Positions 55,312 through 64,000 of a stretch of 64,000 nucleotides of DNA are shown in pieces. Source of the stretch: Bacillota bacterium. Its GTDB lineage: Bacteria; Bacillota; Sulfobacillia; JAIMAT01. Each line of letters starts with the position of its first letter. Position 1 is the first letter of the stretch. The stretch spans positions 19,142 through 83,141 of the forward strand of contig JAIMAT010000001.1 in NCBI GenBank assembly GCA_023511835.1, read 5' to 3'. Under the pieces are notes generated by a model. The model searched no databases. It saw only the letters and a list, made by a program, of their open reading frames with translations, and had not been told where the DNA came from. The translations under genes were made by a program, and so were the position numbers.

Positions 55312-56301
55312 GTGCGCCCGCCCGCCGCACGGCAGGCGCTCCTGGCCGACTTGGCGCTGGCCGGGGTGACGCTGATCTGGGGCGCCACCTTCGTGGTCAT
55401 CAAGGCGGCGCTGGCCACGGTGACGCCCTTCGCCTTCCTGGCGGCGCGCTTCCTCTTGGCGGCGGCGGTCCTGCTCCTGCTCGCCCGCCGCGGTCTCGGC
55501 CGGCTCGGCCGCCGGGAGTGGACGGGGAGTCTTCTGGCCGGTCTCTTTCTCTTCGCGGGCTACGCCGCGCAGACCATCGGTCTCCAGCAGGCCTCCCCGG
55601 CCAAGGCGGGCTTCCTGACCGGGCTCTCGGTGGTGCTGGTGCCCCTGCTCGCCCCCCTGGCAGGGGGGCGGCCGCGGCCGGCCACCTGGCTGGGCGTGGC
55701 GCTGGCCACCGCGGGACTGCTGGTGCTGACGCTCCCTCCCGGCGCCTCCTGGAACGAGCTGGGGCGCCTCCAGGCGGCCGATCTCTGGCTCCTGGCCTGC
55801 GCCTTCGCCTTCGCCCTGCAGATCCTCTCCGTGGGGCGGCTGGCCTCCTCCGTCCCGGCCGAGGCGCTGACCGCCGTGCAGATGCTGGCCGTCGCCCTGC
55901 TCTCACTGGCCGCCTGGGCGTTCCTGGAGGCGCCGCGCCATCCCCTGGCCGCCACCTGGCCGGCGCTCGTCCGGGCGACCCCCGCGTTGCTCATGACCGG
56001 CCTTCTGGCCAGCGCCCTGGCCTACTGGGTGCAGAGCCGGGCGCAGGCCTTCACCACGCCCACCCACGCGGCGCTCCTCTTCACCCTGGAGCCGGTCTGG
56101 AGCTACCTCTTCGCCGTCCTCTGGGCCGGCGAGCGCCTCGCGGCCCGTCCCGGCGCCGGCGGCCTCCTCATCCTGGCCGGCATGCTCTGGACGGAGTGGA
56201 GCGGCTCACGAGCCGGCGGCGCTTCCTCCCACCCCGCCGGGGCCCGCTCCCAGCCCGCCTCCAGGAAGCGCGCCTGGACCCCCGACCCCGGCGCGGAGTA
56301 G
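55312..56301 (+). CDS. EamA/DMT-family transporter
   Basis: Two EamA repeats, 10 TM: ...LIWGATFVVIKAAL...LLAGLFLFAGYAAQTIGLQ..., second repeat ...LASALAYWVQSRAQAFTTPTHAALLFTLEPVWSYLFAVLWAGERL. Confidence 0.8.
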   Translation: MRPPAARQALLADLALAGVTLIWGATFVVIKAALATVTPFAFLAARFLLAAAVLLLLARRGLGRLGRREWTGSLLAGLFLFAGYAAQTIGLQQASPAKAGFLTGLSVVLVPLLAPLAGGRPRPATWLGVALATAGLLVLTLPPGASWNELGRLQAADLWLLACAFAFALQILSVGRLASSVPAEALTAVQMLAVALLSLAAWAFLEAPRHPLAATWPALVRATPALLMTGLLASALAYWVQSRAQAFTTPTHAALLFTLEPVWSYLFAVLWAGERLAARPGAGGLLILAGMLWTEWSGSRAGGASSHPAGARSQPASRKRAWTPDPGAE

Positions 56302-57927
56302 GCGCGGCTCACCGCGGACGGCGGCGGCCAGCGCCTCCTCCAGGCGCTCCACGCCCTGCACCCGCGCGCCCGCCAGCTCGCGGTGCTCCACGCCCTCCAC
56401 CTCGGGCAGGTTGTCACGGGGCACCAGGATGTGCCGCGCCCCCGCGCGGACCGCGGCCAGCACCTTGGCGGGGACGCCGCCCACCGGCCGGATGGTGCCG
56501 CGCGCCGTCACCTCGCCGGTGATGGCCACCCGGTTGTCCACGGGCAGGCCCATCAGCGCCGAGTAGACGGCGACGGCGATGGCCGCGCCCGCCGAGGGGC
56601 CGTCCACCGGCACGCCGCCGGGGAAGTTGACGTGGATGCGGTGCCGGTCCACTTCCTCGCCCAGCAGGCGGCGGAGCGCCGTGACGGCGTTCTCGGCGGC
56701 CGCCCAGACCATGGAGCGGCGCCGGACGCGGCGGCCGCCCAGCGAAACCATCTCCTCCTCGTCGATGATCCCGGTCACCTGGAGGCCGCCTGCGCCCAGC
56801 GGCGCCGGCCGCGCGCTGGCCTCGATCTCCAGGAGGGCGCCCACGTTGGGCCCGACCACCGCCAGCCCGTTGACCACGCCCACCTGCGGCTCGGGCGCCA
56901 CGGTCGGCTCCAGGCGGGGCGTATACTGGCCGGTACGCACCACCCACTCCAGGTCGCGCCGCTCGATGCGCCCGCGGCGCTCGCTCTCCACCAGGCCGGC
57001 CGCCACCTGGACGAGGTTGACGGCGTCGCGCCCGTTGCTGGCGTAGCGCGCCACCAGCTCCTCGCCGCCCTCCGCCAGCGGCATGCCCAGGCGGGCCGCC
57101 GCGTTGCGCGCGATGGTGGCCACCTCCTCGCGGGTCAGCGGACGGAAGAAGACCTCCACGCAGCGCGAGCGGATGGCCTGGGGGATCTCCTCCGGAAGGC
57201 GCGTGGTGGCGCCCACCAGGCGGAAGTCGGCGGGCAGGCCGTTCTCGAAGATGTCGCGGATGTGGCTGGGGATGTTGGGATCCTCGGCGTTGTAGTAGGC
57301 GCTCTCCAGGATCACCTTCCGGTCCTCCAGCACCTTGAGCAGTTTGTTCAGCTGGATGGGGTGGAGCTCGCCGATCTCGTCGATGAAGAGGATGCCGCCG
57401 TGGGCGCGGGTGACCGCCCCCGGTTTGGGCTGGGGGATGCCCGCCATGCCCATGGCGCCCGCCCCCTGGTAGATGGGGTCGTGGACGCTGCCGATGAGCG
57501 GGTCGGCGATGCCCCGCTCGTCCCAGCGCGAGGTGGCCCCGTCCACCTCGACGAAGCGGGCCTCGGGGCCGAAGGGCGAGAGCGGGTTGGCCTTCGCCTC
57601 CTCCAGCACCAGCCGGGCGGCAGCCGTCTTGCCCACGCCGGGCGGGCCGTAGATCAGGACGTGCTGCGGGTTGCGGCCGCAGAGCGCGGCGCGGAGCGCC
57701 CGCAACCCCTCCTCCTGGCCGACGATCTCTTCGAAGCGGGTGGGCCGCGTCCTCTCCGAGAGCGGCTCGTTCAGCCGGATCTGGCGCATCTGCTGAAGGC
57801 GCTCGATCTCCCGGCGCGACTCGCGCTGGATGGCCACCCGCGCTCCCTGCTGGGTGCGCAGCAGGTTCCAGAAGTAGAGGCCGATCACCACCGCGAAGAA
57901 GAGCTGTACCGCCGCCACGGCGCTCAT
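56206..57927 (-). CDS. lonB: LonB-type ATP-dependent protease (membrane-anchored, no Lon N-domain)
   Basis: N-terminal TM VQLFFAVVIGLYFWNLL, AAA+ (GPPGVGKTAAARLV...ILFIDEIGEL), proteolytic domain with ...VDGPSAGAAIAVAVYSAL (catalytic Ser) and ...K... Position next to clpX matches the Bacillus clpX-lonB arrangement. The 3' end overlaps the convergent EamA gene by ~95 bp; the Gly-rich C-terminal tail may be over-extended. Confidence 0.85.
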   Translation of the reverse strand: MSAVAAVQLFFAVVIGLYFWNLLRTQQGARVAIQRESRREIERLQQMRQIRLNEPLSERTRPTRFEEIVGQEEGLRALRAALCGRNPQHVLIYGPPGVGKTAAARLVLEEAKANPLSPFGPEARFVEVDGATSRWDERGIADPLIGSVHDPIYQGAGAMGMAGIPQPKPGAVTRAHGGILFIDEIGELHPIQLNKLLKVLEDRKVILESAYYNAEDPNIPSHIRDIFENGLPADFRLVGATTRLPEEIPQAIRSRCVEVFFRPLTREEVATIARNAAARLGMPLAEGGEELVARYASNGRDAVNLVQVAAGLVESERRGRIERRDLEWVVRTGQYTPRLEPTVAPEPQVGVVNGLAVVGPNVGALLEIEASARPAPLGAGGLQVTGIIDEEEMVSLGGRRVRRRSMVWAAAENAVTALRRLLGEEVDRHRIHVNFPGGVPVDGPSAGAAIAVAVYSALMGLPVDNRVAITGEVTARGTIRPVGGVPAKVLAAVRAGARHILVPRDNLPEVEGVEHRELAGARVQGVERLEEALAAAVRGEPRLLRAGVGGPGALPGGGLGAGPGGVGGSAAGS

Positions 57928-58073
57928 GGCACGCCTCGCCTCCGACGGCGGTTAGTATGCCAGCCGCTCCTCCCGGGTATCAGGGGCGAGGTCGCCGGGC
58001 GCCCGGGGACGAAGAGGCCCCGCCGGACGGATCGGCGGGGCTCCGCGGGCTGCCGGGGTGGAGCGGCCCGTCT

Positions 58074-59327
58074 TCACGCCGTCTCCGCCTTCGCCTGCTC
58101 CTTGGAGATGACGTCCGGCTCGCGCAGCTTCCGCACCGCGTCCAGCGTGATGCGGACCTTGGCCACGTCGCTCCGCGACGGCATCTCGTACATGACGTCC
58201 AGCATCACGTCCTCCAGGATGGCGCGGAGCCCGCGCGCCCCGGTCTTCCGGGCCAGCGCCTGATGCGCCACCTCGCGGAGGGCGTCGGGGTCGAAGTCGA
58301 GCTCCAGGCCGTCCATCTCGAAGAAGCGCTGGTATTGCTTGACCAGGGCGTTCTTCGGCTCGGTCAGGATGCGGACCAGCGCCTCCTCGTCCAGCGCGTC
58401 CAGCGTGGCGATGATGGGCACGCGCCCGACGAACTCGGGGATCATCCCGAACTTGAGCAGGTCCTCGGGCAGAACGTGGGAGAGGATCTCCCCGATGCGC
58501 ACGTCCTGCTTGCCGATCAGCTCCGAGTTGAAGCCGATGACGCGCTGGCCGAGCCTGCGCTGGATGATCTTGTCCAGCCCTTCGAAGGCGCCCCCGACGA
58601 TGAAGAGGATGTTGGTGGTGTCGATCTGGATGAACTCCTGGTGCGGGTGCTTCCTCCCGCCCTGGGGCGGCACGCTGGCCACCGTCCCCTCCAGGATCTT
58701 GAGCAGCGCCTGCTGGACGCCCTCGCCCGAGACGTCGCGGGTGATGGAGGGGTTCTCCGACTTCCTCGCGATCTTGTCGATCTCGTCGATGTAGACGATG
58801 CCCCGCTCCGCCTTCTCGATGTCGTAGTCGGCGGCCTGGATCAGCTTGAGCAGGATGTTCTCCACGTCCTCGCCCACGTAGCCCGCCTCGGTCAGGCTGG
58901 TCGCGTCGGCGATGGCGAAGGGGACGTTGAGGATCTTGGCCAGCGTCTGGGCGATCAGCGTCTTGCCGGAGCCGGTGGGGCCGATCAGGACCACGTTGGA
59001 CTTCTGCAGCTCGACGTCCTCGTTCTTGGTACGCGAGTTGATCCTCTTGTAATGGTTGTAGACGGCTACGGAGAGGATCTTCTTGGCCCGCTCCTGGCCG
59101 ATCACGTACTGGTCGAGGATCTCCTTGATCTCGCGCGGCTTGGGGACGTCGCGGAGGTCGAACTCGGCCTCTTCGTTGAGCTCCTCCTCGATGATGTCGC
59201 TGCAGAGCTCCACGCACTCGTCGCAGATGTAGACGCCGGGCCCGGCGACGAGGCGCTTCACCTGGTCCTGGTACTTGCCGCAGAAGGAGCACTTGAGCTG
59301 CCCCTTCTCCTCGGTGAACTTGAACAT
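58074..59327 (-). CDS. clpX: ATP-dependent Clp protease ATP-binding subunit ClpX
   Basis: Zn-finger [30 protein letters not shown], Walker [16 protein letters not shown], ...[10 protein letters not shown]..., GYVG pore loop. RBS AGGAAGGAG upstream of ATG at 59327. Confidence 0.9.
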   Translation of the reverse strand: MFKFTEEKGQLKCSFCGKYQDQVKRLVAGPGVYICDECVELCSDIIEEELNEEAEFDLRDVPKPREIKEILDQYVIGQERAKKILSVAVYNHYKRINSRTKNEDVELQKSNVVLIGPTGSGKTLIAQTLAKILNVPFAIADATSLTEAGYVGEDVENILLKLIQAADYDIEKAERGIVYIDEIDKIARKSENPSITRDVSGEGVQQALLKILEGTVASVPPQGGRKHPHQEFIQIDTTNILFIVGGAFEGLDKIIQRRLGQRVIGFNSELIGKQDVRIGEILSHVLPEDLLKFGMIPEFVGRVPIIATLDALDEEALVRILTEPKNALVKQYQRFFEMDGLELDFDPDALREVAHQALARKTGARGLRAILEDVMLDVMYEMPSRSDVAKVRITLDAVRKLREPDVISKEQAKAETA

Positions 59328-59356
59328 CCGGCCCCCACTCCTTCCTGCCAAGCCCC

Positions 59357-59971
59357 TCAGTGCTCCTTCCGCTTGGACCGGGGGATCAGGATATCGTCGA
59401 TGAGGTGGTAGGCCTTGGCTTCCTCGGCGGACATGAAGTAGTCCTTCTCCGTATCGGTGTTGATCTTCTCGATATCCTGGCCAGTGTGATAGGCGAGAAT
59501 ACGGTTGATCCGCTGGCGGTCCTTCATGATCTCCTCGGCGTAGATCTTGATGTCCGTCGCCCGGCCCTGGAGGCCGCCGGTCCAGGGCTGGTGGATCAGG
59601 ATCTTCGAGTTGGGCAGCGCGTAGCGCTTGCCCGGCGTGCCACCGGCCAGGAGGACGGCCGCCATGCTCATGGCCACGCCCACGCAGATGGTGGAGACGT
59701 CGGGCTTGATGTACTGCATGGTGTCGTAGATGCCCAGCCCGGCGTCCACGGAGCCGCCCGGCGAGTTGATGTAGATGGAGACGTCGCGGTCGGGGTCCTC
59801 CGTCTCCAGGAAGAGCAACTGGGCGATCACCAGGTTGGCGATGGTGTCGTCGATGGGGGTGCCGATGAAGATGATGCGGTCGCGCAGAAGGCGGGAGTAG
59901 ATGTCGTACGCCCGCTCGCCGCGGTTGGTGGTCTCGATCACCATGGGAACCAGGTGGTCCATGCTTCTCAT
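59357..59971 (-). CDS. clpP: ATP-dependent Clp protease proteolytic subunit ClpP
   Basis: ...[23 protein letters not shown]...[21 protein letters not shown]...[15 protein letters not shown]...ILIHQP (Ser-His-Asp triad context). ATG overlaps the tig stop (ATGA). Confidence 0.9.
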   Translation of the reverse strand: MRSMDHLVPMVIETTNRGERAYDIYSRLLRDRIIFIGTPIDDTIANLVIAQLLFLETEDPDRDVSIYINSPGGSVDAGLGIYDTMQYIKPDVSTICVGVAMSMAAVLLAGGTPGKRYALPNSKILIHQPWTGGLQGRATDIKIYAEEIMKDRQRINRILAYHTGQDIEKINTDTEKDYFMSAEEAKAYHLIDDILIPRSKRKEH

Positions 59972-61341
59972 GCCTCACCGACCTCCTCCTGGCCTTGCTC
60001 GCCATCCCCTGCGGCTGCGCCCTCTGCCTCTCCGCTTCCATTCTCCACACCGGCCAGGCCCATCTCCACCAGGCGCTCCACCGCCTTGCGGCGCGCGATC
60101 CCGGCGGCCACCCCGGCGCGGTTGGCAGGCTGGCGGAAGAGCTGGCGGACCGAGGCCGCCCGCTCACCGTAGGCCGCCGCCATCTGCTCGATCTCCTCGT
60201 CCACCTCAGCCTCGCCGGCCTCGATGCCCTCCCGGCGCGCCACCTCGGCCAGCACCAGCTCGGCCTTCAGGTCCTCCACGGCCTGCGGCCGCAGCTCGTC
60301 CAGGAGCTGCTCCAGCGTCTGCCCGCTCCGGCGCAGGAACTCCTCCAGCTCGAGGCCCTGGCGGCCCAGCTGGAGGCGAAGATCCTCCAGTCGGTGGCCC
60401 AGCTCGTGCTCCACCATGGAGTCGGGGAGCTCGACCCGCGCCTTCTCCACCACCTGCCGCACCGCCTCGCGCTCCAGCTCGCGGCGCTGTTCGGTCTCCT
60501 TCCGCTCCCGCAGGCGGCGCCGCAGGAGGGCGCGCAGCTCCTCCAGCGTCTCCAGCCCTTCGCCGCGGGAGCGGGCGAAGTCGTCGTCGAGGTCGGGGAG
60601 CTCCTTCCTCTTCAGCTCGTGCAGCCTCACCGTGAAGAGGGCCTCGCGGCCGGCCAGCGACGTCTCGGGGTACTCCTCCGGGAAGCGGACGGTCAGCCGC
60701 CTCTCCTCCCCGGGGTGCATCCCCTCGATCCCCGCCTCGATCTCCGGCAGAAGCCTCCCCGAACCGAGCTCGACCATGTACCCCTTGGCCTCGCCGTTGG
60801 GGATGGGCTTGCCGTCCATCTCGCCGCGGAAGTCGATGACGGCGAAAAGGCCGCGCTCCGCGGCGCTTTCCTCCGGGACCGCCACCAGTTGGGCTTCCCG
60901 CTCGCGCAGGGCCTGGAGCTCGGCCTCCACCTCCTCCTCGGAGACCTCCACCGGCCGCGGCTCCAGCTTGAGCGTACGGTAGTCGTCCAGCTCCACCTCG
61001 GGCCGCACGTCCACCGTCGCCCGGAAGGTGAAGGGCTCGCCCTTTTTCATGGTGAGGATGTCGATGTCCGGTTCGGCCACGGGCTCGAGGCCGCTCTCCT
61101 GGAGCGCTTGCCGGTAGGCCTCGCCGACCAGCTCGTCGACGGCCTCGTCCCAGAGCGCACCCTCCCCCAGGTACCGCTCGAGAAGCCCGCGCGGCGCCTT
61201 CCCCTTGCGGAAGCCGGGGATGTTCACCCGGCGGACCAGCTTGCGGTAGGCGCGTTCCAGAGCCTGCTCGACGCGCGGCACCTCCACCTCGATCTCCAGG
61301 ACGGCGCGGCTCTTCTCCTTCTTCGCCAGCGTGGCTCGCAA
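59968..61341 (-). CDS. tig: trigger factor
   Basis: ...[52 protein letters not shown] (ribosome-binding GFRxGxxP), PPIase domain (...[43 protein letters not shown]...), C-terminal chaperone arm. TTG start at 61341 with RBS GGGGGAGGAGGA; the alternative-frame ORF 60206..61408 is rejected. Confidence 0.85.
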   Translation of the reverse strand: MRATLAKKEKSRAVLEIEVEVPRVEQALERAYRKLVRRVNIPGFRKGKAPRGLLERYLGEGALWDEAVDELVGEAYRQALQESGLEPVAEPDIDILTMKKGEPFTFRATVDVRPEVELDDYRTLKLEPRPVEVSEEEVEAELQALREREAQLVAVPEESAAERGLFAVIDFRGEMDGKPIPNGEAKGYMVELGSGRLLPEIEAGIEGMHPGEERRLTVRFPEEYPETSLAGREALFTVRLHELKRKELPDLDDDFARSRGEGLETLEELRALLRRRLRERKETEQRRELEREAVRQVVEKARVELPDSMVEHELGHRLEDLRLQLGRQGLELEEFLRRSGQTLEQLLDELRPQAVEDLKAELVLAEVARREGIEAGEAEVDEEIEQMAAAYGERAASVRQLFRQPANRAGVAAGIARRKAVERLVEMGLAGVENGSGEAEGAAAGDGEQGQEEVGEA

Positions 61342-61429
61342 CCGGTGGTCCTCCTCCCCCGCGGCCGCAAAACTCGAAAAATGGCCCCGCGCTTGACTTT
61401 TCGGGCATCCCACCCCGCGGGTACGGCTC

Positions 61430-61438
61430 ATTATAGCA
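61430..61438 (-). promoter_or_regulatory. extended -10 promoter element (TGcTATAAT) upstream of tig
   Basis: Minus strand ...gcggagcgaTGcTATAATgagccgtacc... ~90 nt upstream of the tig start. Perfect -10 with TGn extension; no good -35. Confidence 0.5.
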
Positions 61439-61538
61439 TCGCTCCGCACGCCTCTCCGGCAGCCCCTCCGCCGGGGGGCGGGCGCGCCCGGGGAGCGCGC
61501 AGGGGCGGCGCGCCGCGCCGCCCCTGTTCCGTCAGATC

Positions 61539-61623
61539 TGGTGCGAGGAGAGGGATTCGAACCCTCACGCCTCTCGGCACGGGATCCTAAGTCCCGCGTG
61601 TCTGCCGGTTCCACCATCCTCGC
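61539..61623 (-). tRNA. tRNA-Leu (anticodon TAG), class II with long variable arm
   Basis: Minus strand GCGAGGATGGTGGAACCGGCAGACACGCGGGACTTAGGATCCCGTGCCGAGAGGCGTGAGGGTTCGAATCCCTCTCCTCGCACCA: 7-bp acceptor, anticodon loop CUUAGGA, long extra arm, encoded CCA. Confidence 0.9.
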
Positions 61624-61631
61624 TCTGCGAC

Positions 61632-61706
61632 TGGCTGGGGCGGCAGGATTCGAACCTGCGCGTGGCGGTTCCAAAGACCGCTGCCTTACCGCTTGGCGAC
61701 GCCCCA
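61632..61706 (-). tRNA. tRNA-Gln (anticodon TTG)
   Basis: Minus strand TGGGGCGTCGCCAAGCGGTAAGGCAGCGGTCTTTGGAACCGCCACGCGCAGGTTCGAATCCTGCCGCCCCAGCCA: U1:A72 as in E. coli tRNA-Gln, anticodon loop CUUUGGA. Confidence 0.9.
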
Positions 61707-61714
61707 AACGGAGG

Positions 61715-61792
61715 TGGGGTGGCTGGTGGGACTCGAACCCACGGCCTCCAGGGCCACAACCTGGCGCTCTGACCGCCTGAGCTACAGCCACC
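61715..61792 (-). tRNA. tRNA-His (anticodon GTG) with genomically encoded G-1
   Basis: Minus strand (G)GTGGCTGTAGCTCAGGCGGTCAGAGCGCCAGGTTGTGGCCCTGGAGGCCGTGGGTTCGAGTCCCACCAGCCACCCCA: anticodon loop UUGUGGC; G-1 opposite discriminator C73. Confidence 0.9.
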
Positions 61793-61805
61793 GCGAAAGA
61801 CCTGC

Positions 61806-61881
61806 TGGCGCGCCCGGCAGGAGTCGAACCTGCAACCAGCGGCTTAGAAGGCCGATGCTCTGTCCATTGAGCTACGGGCGC
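61806..61881 (-). tRNA. tRNA-Arg (anticodon TCT)
   Basis: Minus strand GCGCCCGTAGCTCAATGGACAGAGCATCGGCCTTCTAAGCCGCTGGTTGCAGGTTCGACTCCTGCCGGGCGCGCCA; very similar to E. coli argU. Anticodon loop CUUCUAA. Confidence 0.9.
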
Positions 61882-61889
61882 CCGCGCAC

Positions 61890-61963
61890 TGGAGCGGGTG
61901 ACGGGAGTCGAACCCGCGTACCCGGCTTGGAGGGCCGGTGCTCTACCGTTGAGCTACACCCGC
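61890..61963 (-). tRNA. tRNA-Gly (anticodon TCC)
   Basis: Minus strand GCGGGTGTAGCTCAACGGTAGAGCACCGGCCCTCCAAGCCGGGTACGCGGGTTCGACTCCCGTCACCCGCTCCA; anticodon loop CCUCCAA. Confidence 0.9.
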
Positions 61964-62139
61964 CGAAACCCTGGCCGGAGCAGACCCATTGTACTTGGCC
62001 CCGCCCGCGCGCGCCAGCAGGCGGGCCGCGCCGGCCATCCTATTCTGCCGCGCCGGGCTGCGCCTGTCGAGGCACGCCGATAAGATGGTGGCGGGCCGGG
62101 GCCGCCGGGGCCTCGCGGCCCGGGCAGGGAGGGACGGCC

Positions 62140-62502
62140 ATGATCCGCGTCAAGCGTGTCTACGAGCCGGCGGAGGAGGGGGACGGGCTGCGCTGCCTGG
62201 TCGACCGCCTCTGGCCGCGCGGCCTCTCGCGCGAGGCGGCCGGCGTCGACCGTTGGCTGAAGGAAGCGGCGCCCTCGCCGGAACTGCGCCGCTGGTTCGC
62301 CCACGATCCCGCGCGCTGGGCGGAGTTCCGGCGCCGCTACAGCGCCGAGCTGGAGGCGCGACCCGACGCCTGGCAGCCGCTCCTGGAGGCGGCGCGCTCG
62401 GGCGGCGTCACCCTTCTCTACGCGGCGCGGGAGCCGGTCTACAACAACGCTGTCGCCCTCAAGGCCTTTCTCGAGGAGCGCCTGGAGCGGTCGCCGGACT
62501 GA
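62140..62502 (+). CDS. DUF488-family protein (YeaO-like)
   Basis: MIRVKRVYEPAEEGDGLRCLVDRLWPRGLSREAAGVDRWLKEAAPSPELRRWFAHDPARWAEFRRRY... matches the DUF488 pattern (VKR.Y......G.R.LVDRLWPRG......W.K..APS..LR.WF.H....W..F...Y). RBS AGGGAGGGA 5 nt upstream. It is the only plus-strand gene inside the tRNA cluster. Confidence 0.7.
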   Translation: MIRVKRVYEPAEEGDGLRCLVDRLWPRGLSREAAGVDRWLKEAAPSPELRRWFAHDPARWAEFRRRYSAELEARPDAWQPLLEAARSGGVTLLYAAREPVYNNAVALKAFLEERLERSPD

Positions 62503-62542
62503 GCCGAGGGCCCGCCGGTCCCCGCGGCCGGGCCGGACAAAA

Positions 62543-62619
62543 TGGTCGGAGCGGCCGGATTCGAACCGGCGACCTCCTGCGCCCAAGGCAGGCGCGCTGC
62601 CAAGCTGCGCCACGCTCCG
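62543..62619 (-). tRNA. tRNA-Pro (anticodon TGG)
   Basis: Minus strand CGGAGCGTGGCGCAGCTTGGCAGCGCGCCTGCCTTGGGCGCAGGAGGTCGCCGGTTCGAATCCGGCCGCTCCGACCA: C1:G72 (typical of tRNA-Pro), anticodon loop CUUGGGC. An initiator-tRNA call was considered and rejected (anticodon is UGG, not CAU). Confidence 0.9.
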
Positions 62620-62631
62620 CAAAAATGGATG

Positions 62632-63264
62632 CTAGCATCCGAGCAGTTCCCGCCGCAAGATCGGCACCAGCGCCCGCATCGCTTCCCCGCGGTGGCTGTA
62701 ACGGTTCTTCTCCTCTCCCTCCAGCTCGGCGTACGTCTTTCCCAGCTGCGGCAGGAGAAAGAGCGGGTCGTAGCCGAAGCCGTTCGACCCCCGCGGGGCC
62801 TCCAGGATGCGGCCGGGCGTCTGCGCCACGGTCACCCATTCGCGCCCGTCGGGCGCCACCAGCGCCAGCGCGGCGTGGAAGGTGGCGCCGCGCCGCTCGG
62901 GCGGCAGGCCGGTCATCTCCTGCAGAAGCTTCCGGTTGTTCGCCTCGGCCGTCGCCCCCGTTCCCGCCCAGCGCGCCGAGTGGATGCCTGGCCGGCCCCC
63001 CAGGGCCTCCACCGCCACGCCCGAGTCGTCGGCCAGCGCCCACGTCCCCGCGGCGCGCGCCGCCGCCCGCGCCTTGATCAGGGCGTTCTCCTGGTACGTG
63101 GAGCCGTCTTCCTCGGGAGGCCGGTAGCCGGGCAGGTCGTCGAGCGTGAGGAGCCGGAGCCGCCCCGTCTCCACTCCCAGCGCGGCCATGAGCGCCACCA
63201 GCTCCTCCACTTTGCCCGGGTTGTGCGTCGCCAGCACCAGGCTCGGCCGGCCGTTCGCCTCCAA
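62632..63264 (-). CDS. rdgB: non-canonical purine NTP pyrophosphatase (dITP/XTP pyrophosphatase, RdgB/Ham1 family)
   Basis: LVLATHNPGKVEELVAL...LLTLDDL...EEDGSTYQENALIKARAAA...ADDSGVAVEALGGRPGIHSARW...FGYDPLF...KNRYSHRGEA. TTG start at ~63264 with RBS GGGGAGGA (or GTG at 63237). Confidence 0.8.
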   Translation of the reverse strand: MEANGRPSLVLATHNPGKVEELVALMAALGVETGRLRLLTLDDLPGYRPPEEDGSTYQENALIKARAAARAAGTWALADDSGVAVEALGGRPGIHSARWAGTGATAEANNRKLLQEMTGLPPERRGATFHAALALVAPDGREWVTVAQTPGRILEAPRGSNGFGYDPLFLLPQLGKTYAELEGEEKNRYSHRGEAMRALVPILRRELLGC

Positions 63265-63390
63265 AGGGCATCCTCCCCGCGACGCGGGCGAGGCGGTGCG
63301 GCGGCAGGCATCCTCCGCCGCCTCGCACGGAACGGGCGCCGGGGTCTGGCCCCGGCGCCGCTCCTCCCGCAAGGATTGGGTCCTGGAAAG

Positions 63391-63740
63391 TGGTGGAGGT
63401 GCGGGGGAGCTGCCCCCCCGGTCCGCGAACGAGCCCACAGGGATTCTACGAGCGTAGCCCTCGTACGGATCTCGCCGTCGCCGCGCCCGAGGGCGGGCCC
63501 GGCGGCAGCCACCCCGCCTGGATCTCGTCACCCTCCCCGCGGGGAGGGGGTAGGGCGACCAGCCTGCCGAGTGACGTCGAGCGGCGACCGCAGGCAGGTC
63601 CGCCGTCGACGTGGCGTGCTAGTTAGGCAGCCAGAGCGTACTCTTCGTTGGCACCTGATGGTGCTTCCGCGGTTTTCCGAGACGCGGTGCTCGGCTCGCT
63701 GCCCCTGCCAGCCCGGCTCGCGTCGAGCCTGCTCACCCCC
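63391..63740 (-). ncRNA. ssrA: tmRNA (ssrA), tag peptide (A)ANEEYALAA
   Basis: Minus strand 5' end GGGGGTGAGCAGGCTCGACGCG... (tmRNA 5' consensus GGGGnUGnnnnGGnUUCGACG). Tag ORF GCC AAC GAA GAG TAC GCT CTG GCT GCC TAA (63652..63623) = ANEEYALAA-stop. 3' end ...GCACCTCCACCA with G3:U70 alanine-type acceptor pairing with the 5' end. Immediately downstream of smpB. The T-loop is atypical (GGCAGCU). Confidence 0.8.
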
Positions 63741-63769
63741 GCAAATCTTCCGGGCGTCGCGGGCGGCGT

Positions 63770-64000
63770 TCAGCGCTGGCGCAGGGCCCGCTCGATCCGC
63801 CGCCTGGCGTCGCGCTCCGCGATCGCCCTCCGCTTATCATACTGCTTCTTGCCGCGGACCAGCGCCAGCTCCACCTTGGCCCGCCCGCGCGCGATGTAGA
63901 GGCGGAGCGGCACCAGGGTGAAGCCCTGCTGGCGCACTCGTCCGTAGAGGCGGTCGATCTCGCGGCGGTGGAGGAGGAGCTTCCTGGGGCGCAGGGGGTC
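63770..64000 (-). CDS. smpB: SsrA-binding protein SmpB (3' portion; start lies beyond window end)
   Basis: Minus-strand translation ...[72 protein letters not shown]-stop: SmpB C-terminal region and basic tail. Confidence 0.85.
   Translation of the reverse strand, partial: DPLRPRKLLLHRREIDRLYGRVRQQGFTLVPLRLYIARGRAKVELALVRGKKQYDKRRAIAERDARRRIERALRQR

Noticed and set aside
60206-61408. 400-aa ORF in an alternative frame over trigger factor
   Set aside because: Low-complexity Gly/Arg-rich translation. The 59968..61341 frame gives canonical trigger factor with an RBS and an upstream TGnTATAAT promoter.
62543-62619. Possible initiator tRNA-fMet (5' C1)
   Set aside because: The anticodon is UGG and C1 pairs with G72, so this is elongator tRNA-Pro, not initiator tRNA.

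Overview
Very GC-rich (about 70% or more by eye, not computed) bacterial chromosomal segment, densely packed with core housekeeping genes, mostly on the minus strand. The gene order is that of a Firmicutes/Clostridia-type endospore former: mreB-mreC-mreD-pbp2-minC-minD-minE-rodA-spoIVFA-spoIVFB-rng-rplU-prp-rpmA-spo0B-obg-nadD-yqeK-rsfS, then lonB-clpX-clpP-tig, valS and proC behind T-box leaders, hflX, and a tRNA cluster followed by rdgB-tmRNA-smpB. GGAGG-type ribosome-binding sites are used throughout and stop/start overlaps of the ATGA/GTGA type are frequent. The high GC creates many long spurious antisense ORFs in the six-frame track; I ignored these. Accessory-looking content is limited to three places: a mercury-type locus (MerR regulator, MerA mercuric reductase, and an adjacent P2-type cation ATPase behind a perfect mer-box-like dyad), a YknXYZ/MacAB-like tripartite ABC exporter preceded by an AT-rich island, and a small superinfection-immunity-like membrane protein next to tRNA-Ala with a ~380-bp region lacking a clean ORF. 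The most unusual single observation is that the L27-processing protease Prp and ribosomal protein L27 lie in one uninterrupted reading frame. I found no CRISPR array, no transposase or integrase, and no clear novel multi-gene system; the findings below are individual oddities rather than a new system. All coordinates come from manual reading, so start codons may be off by a few codons.
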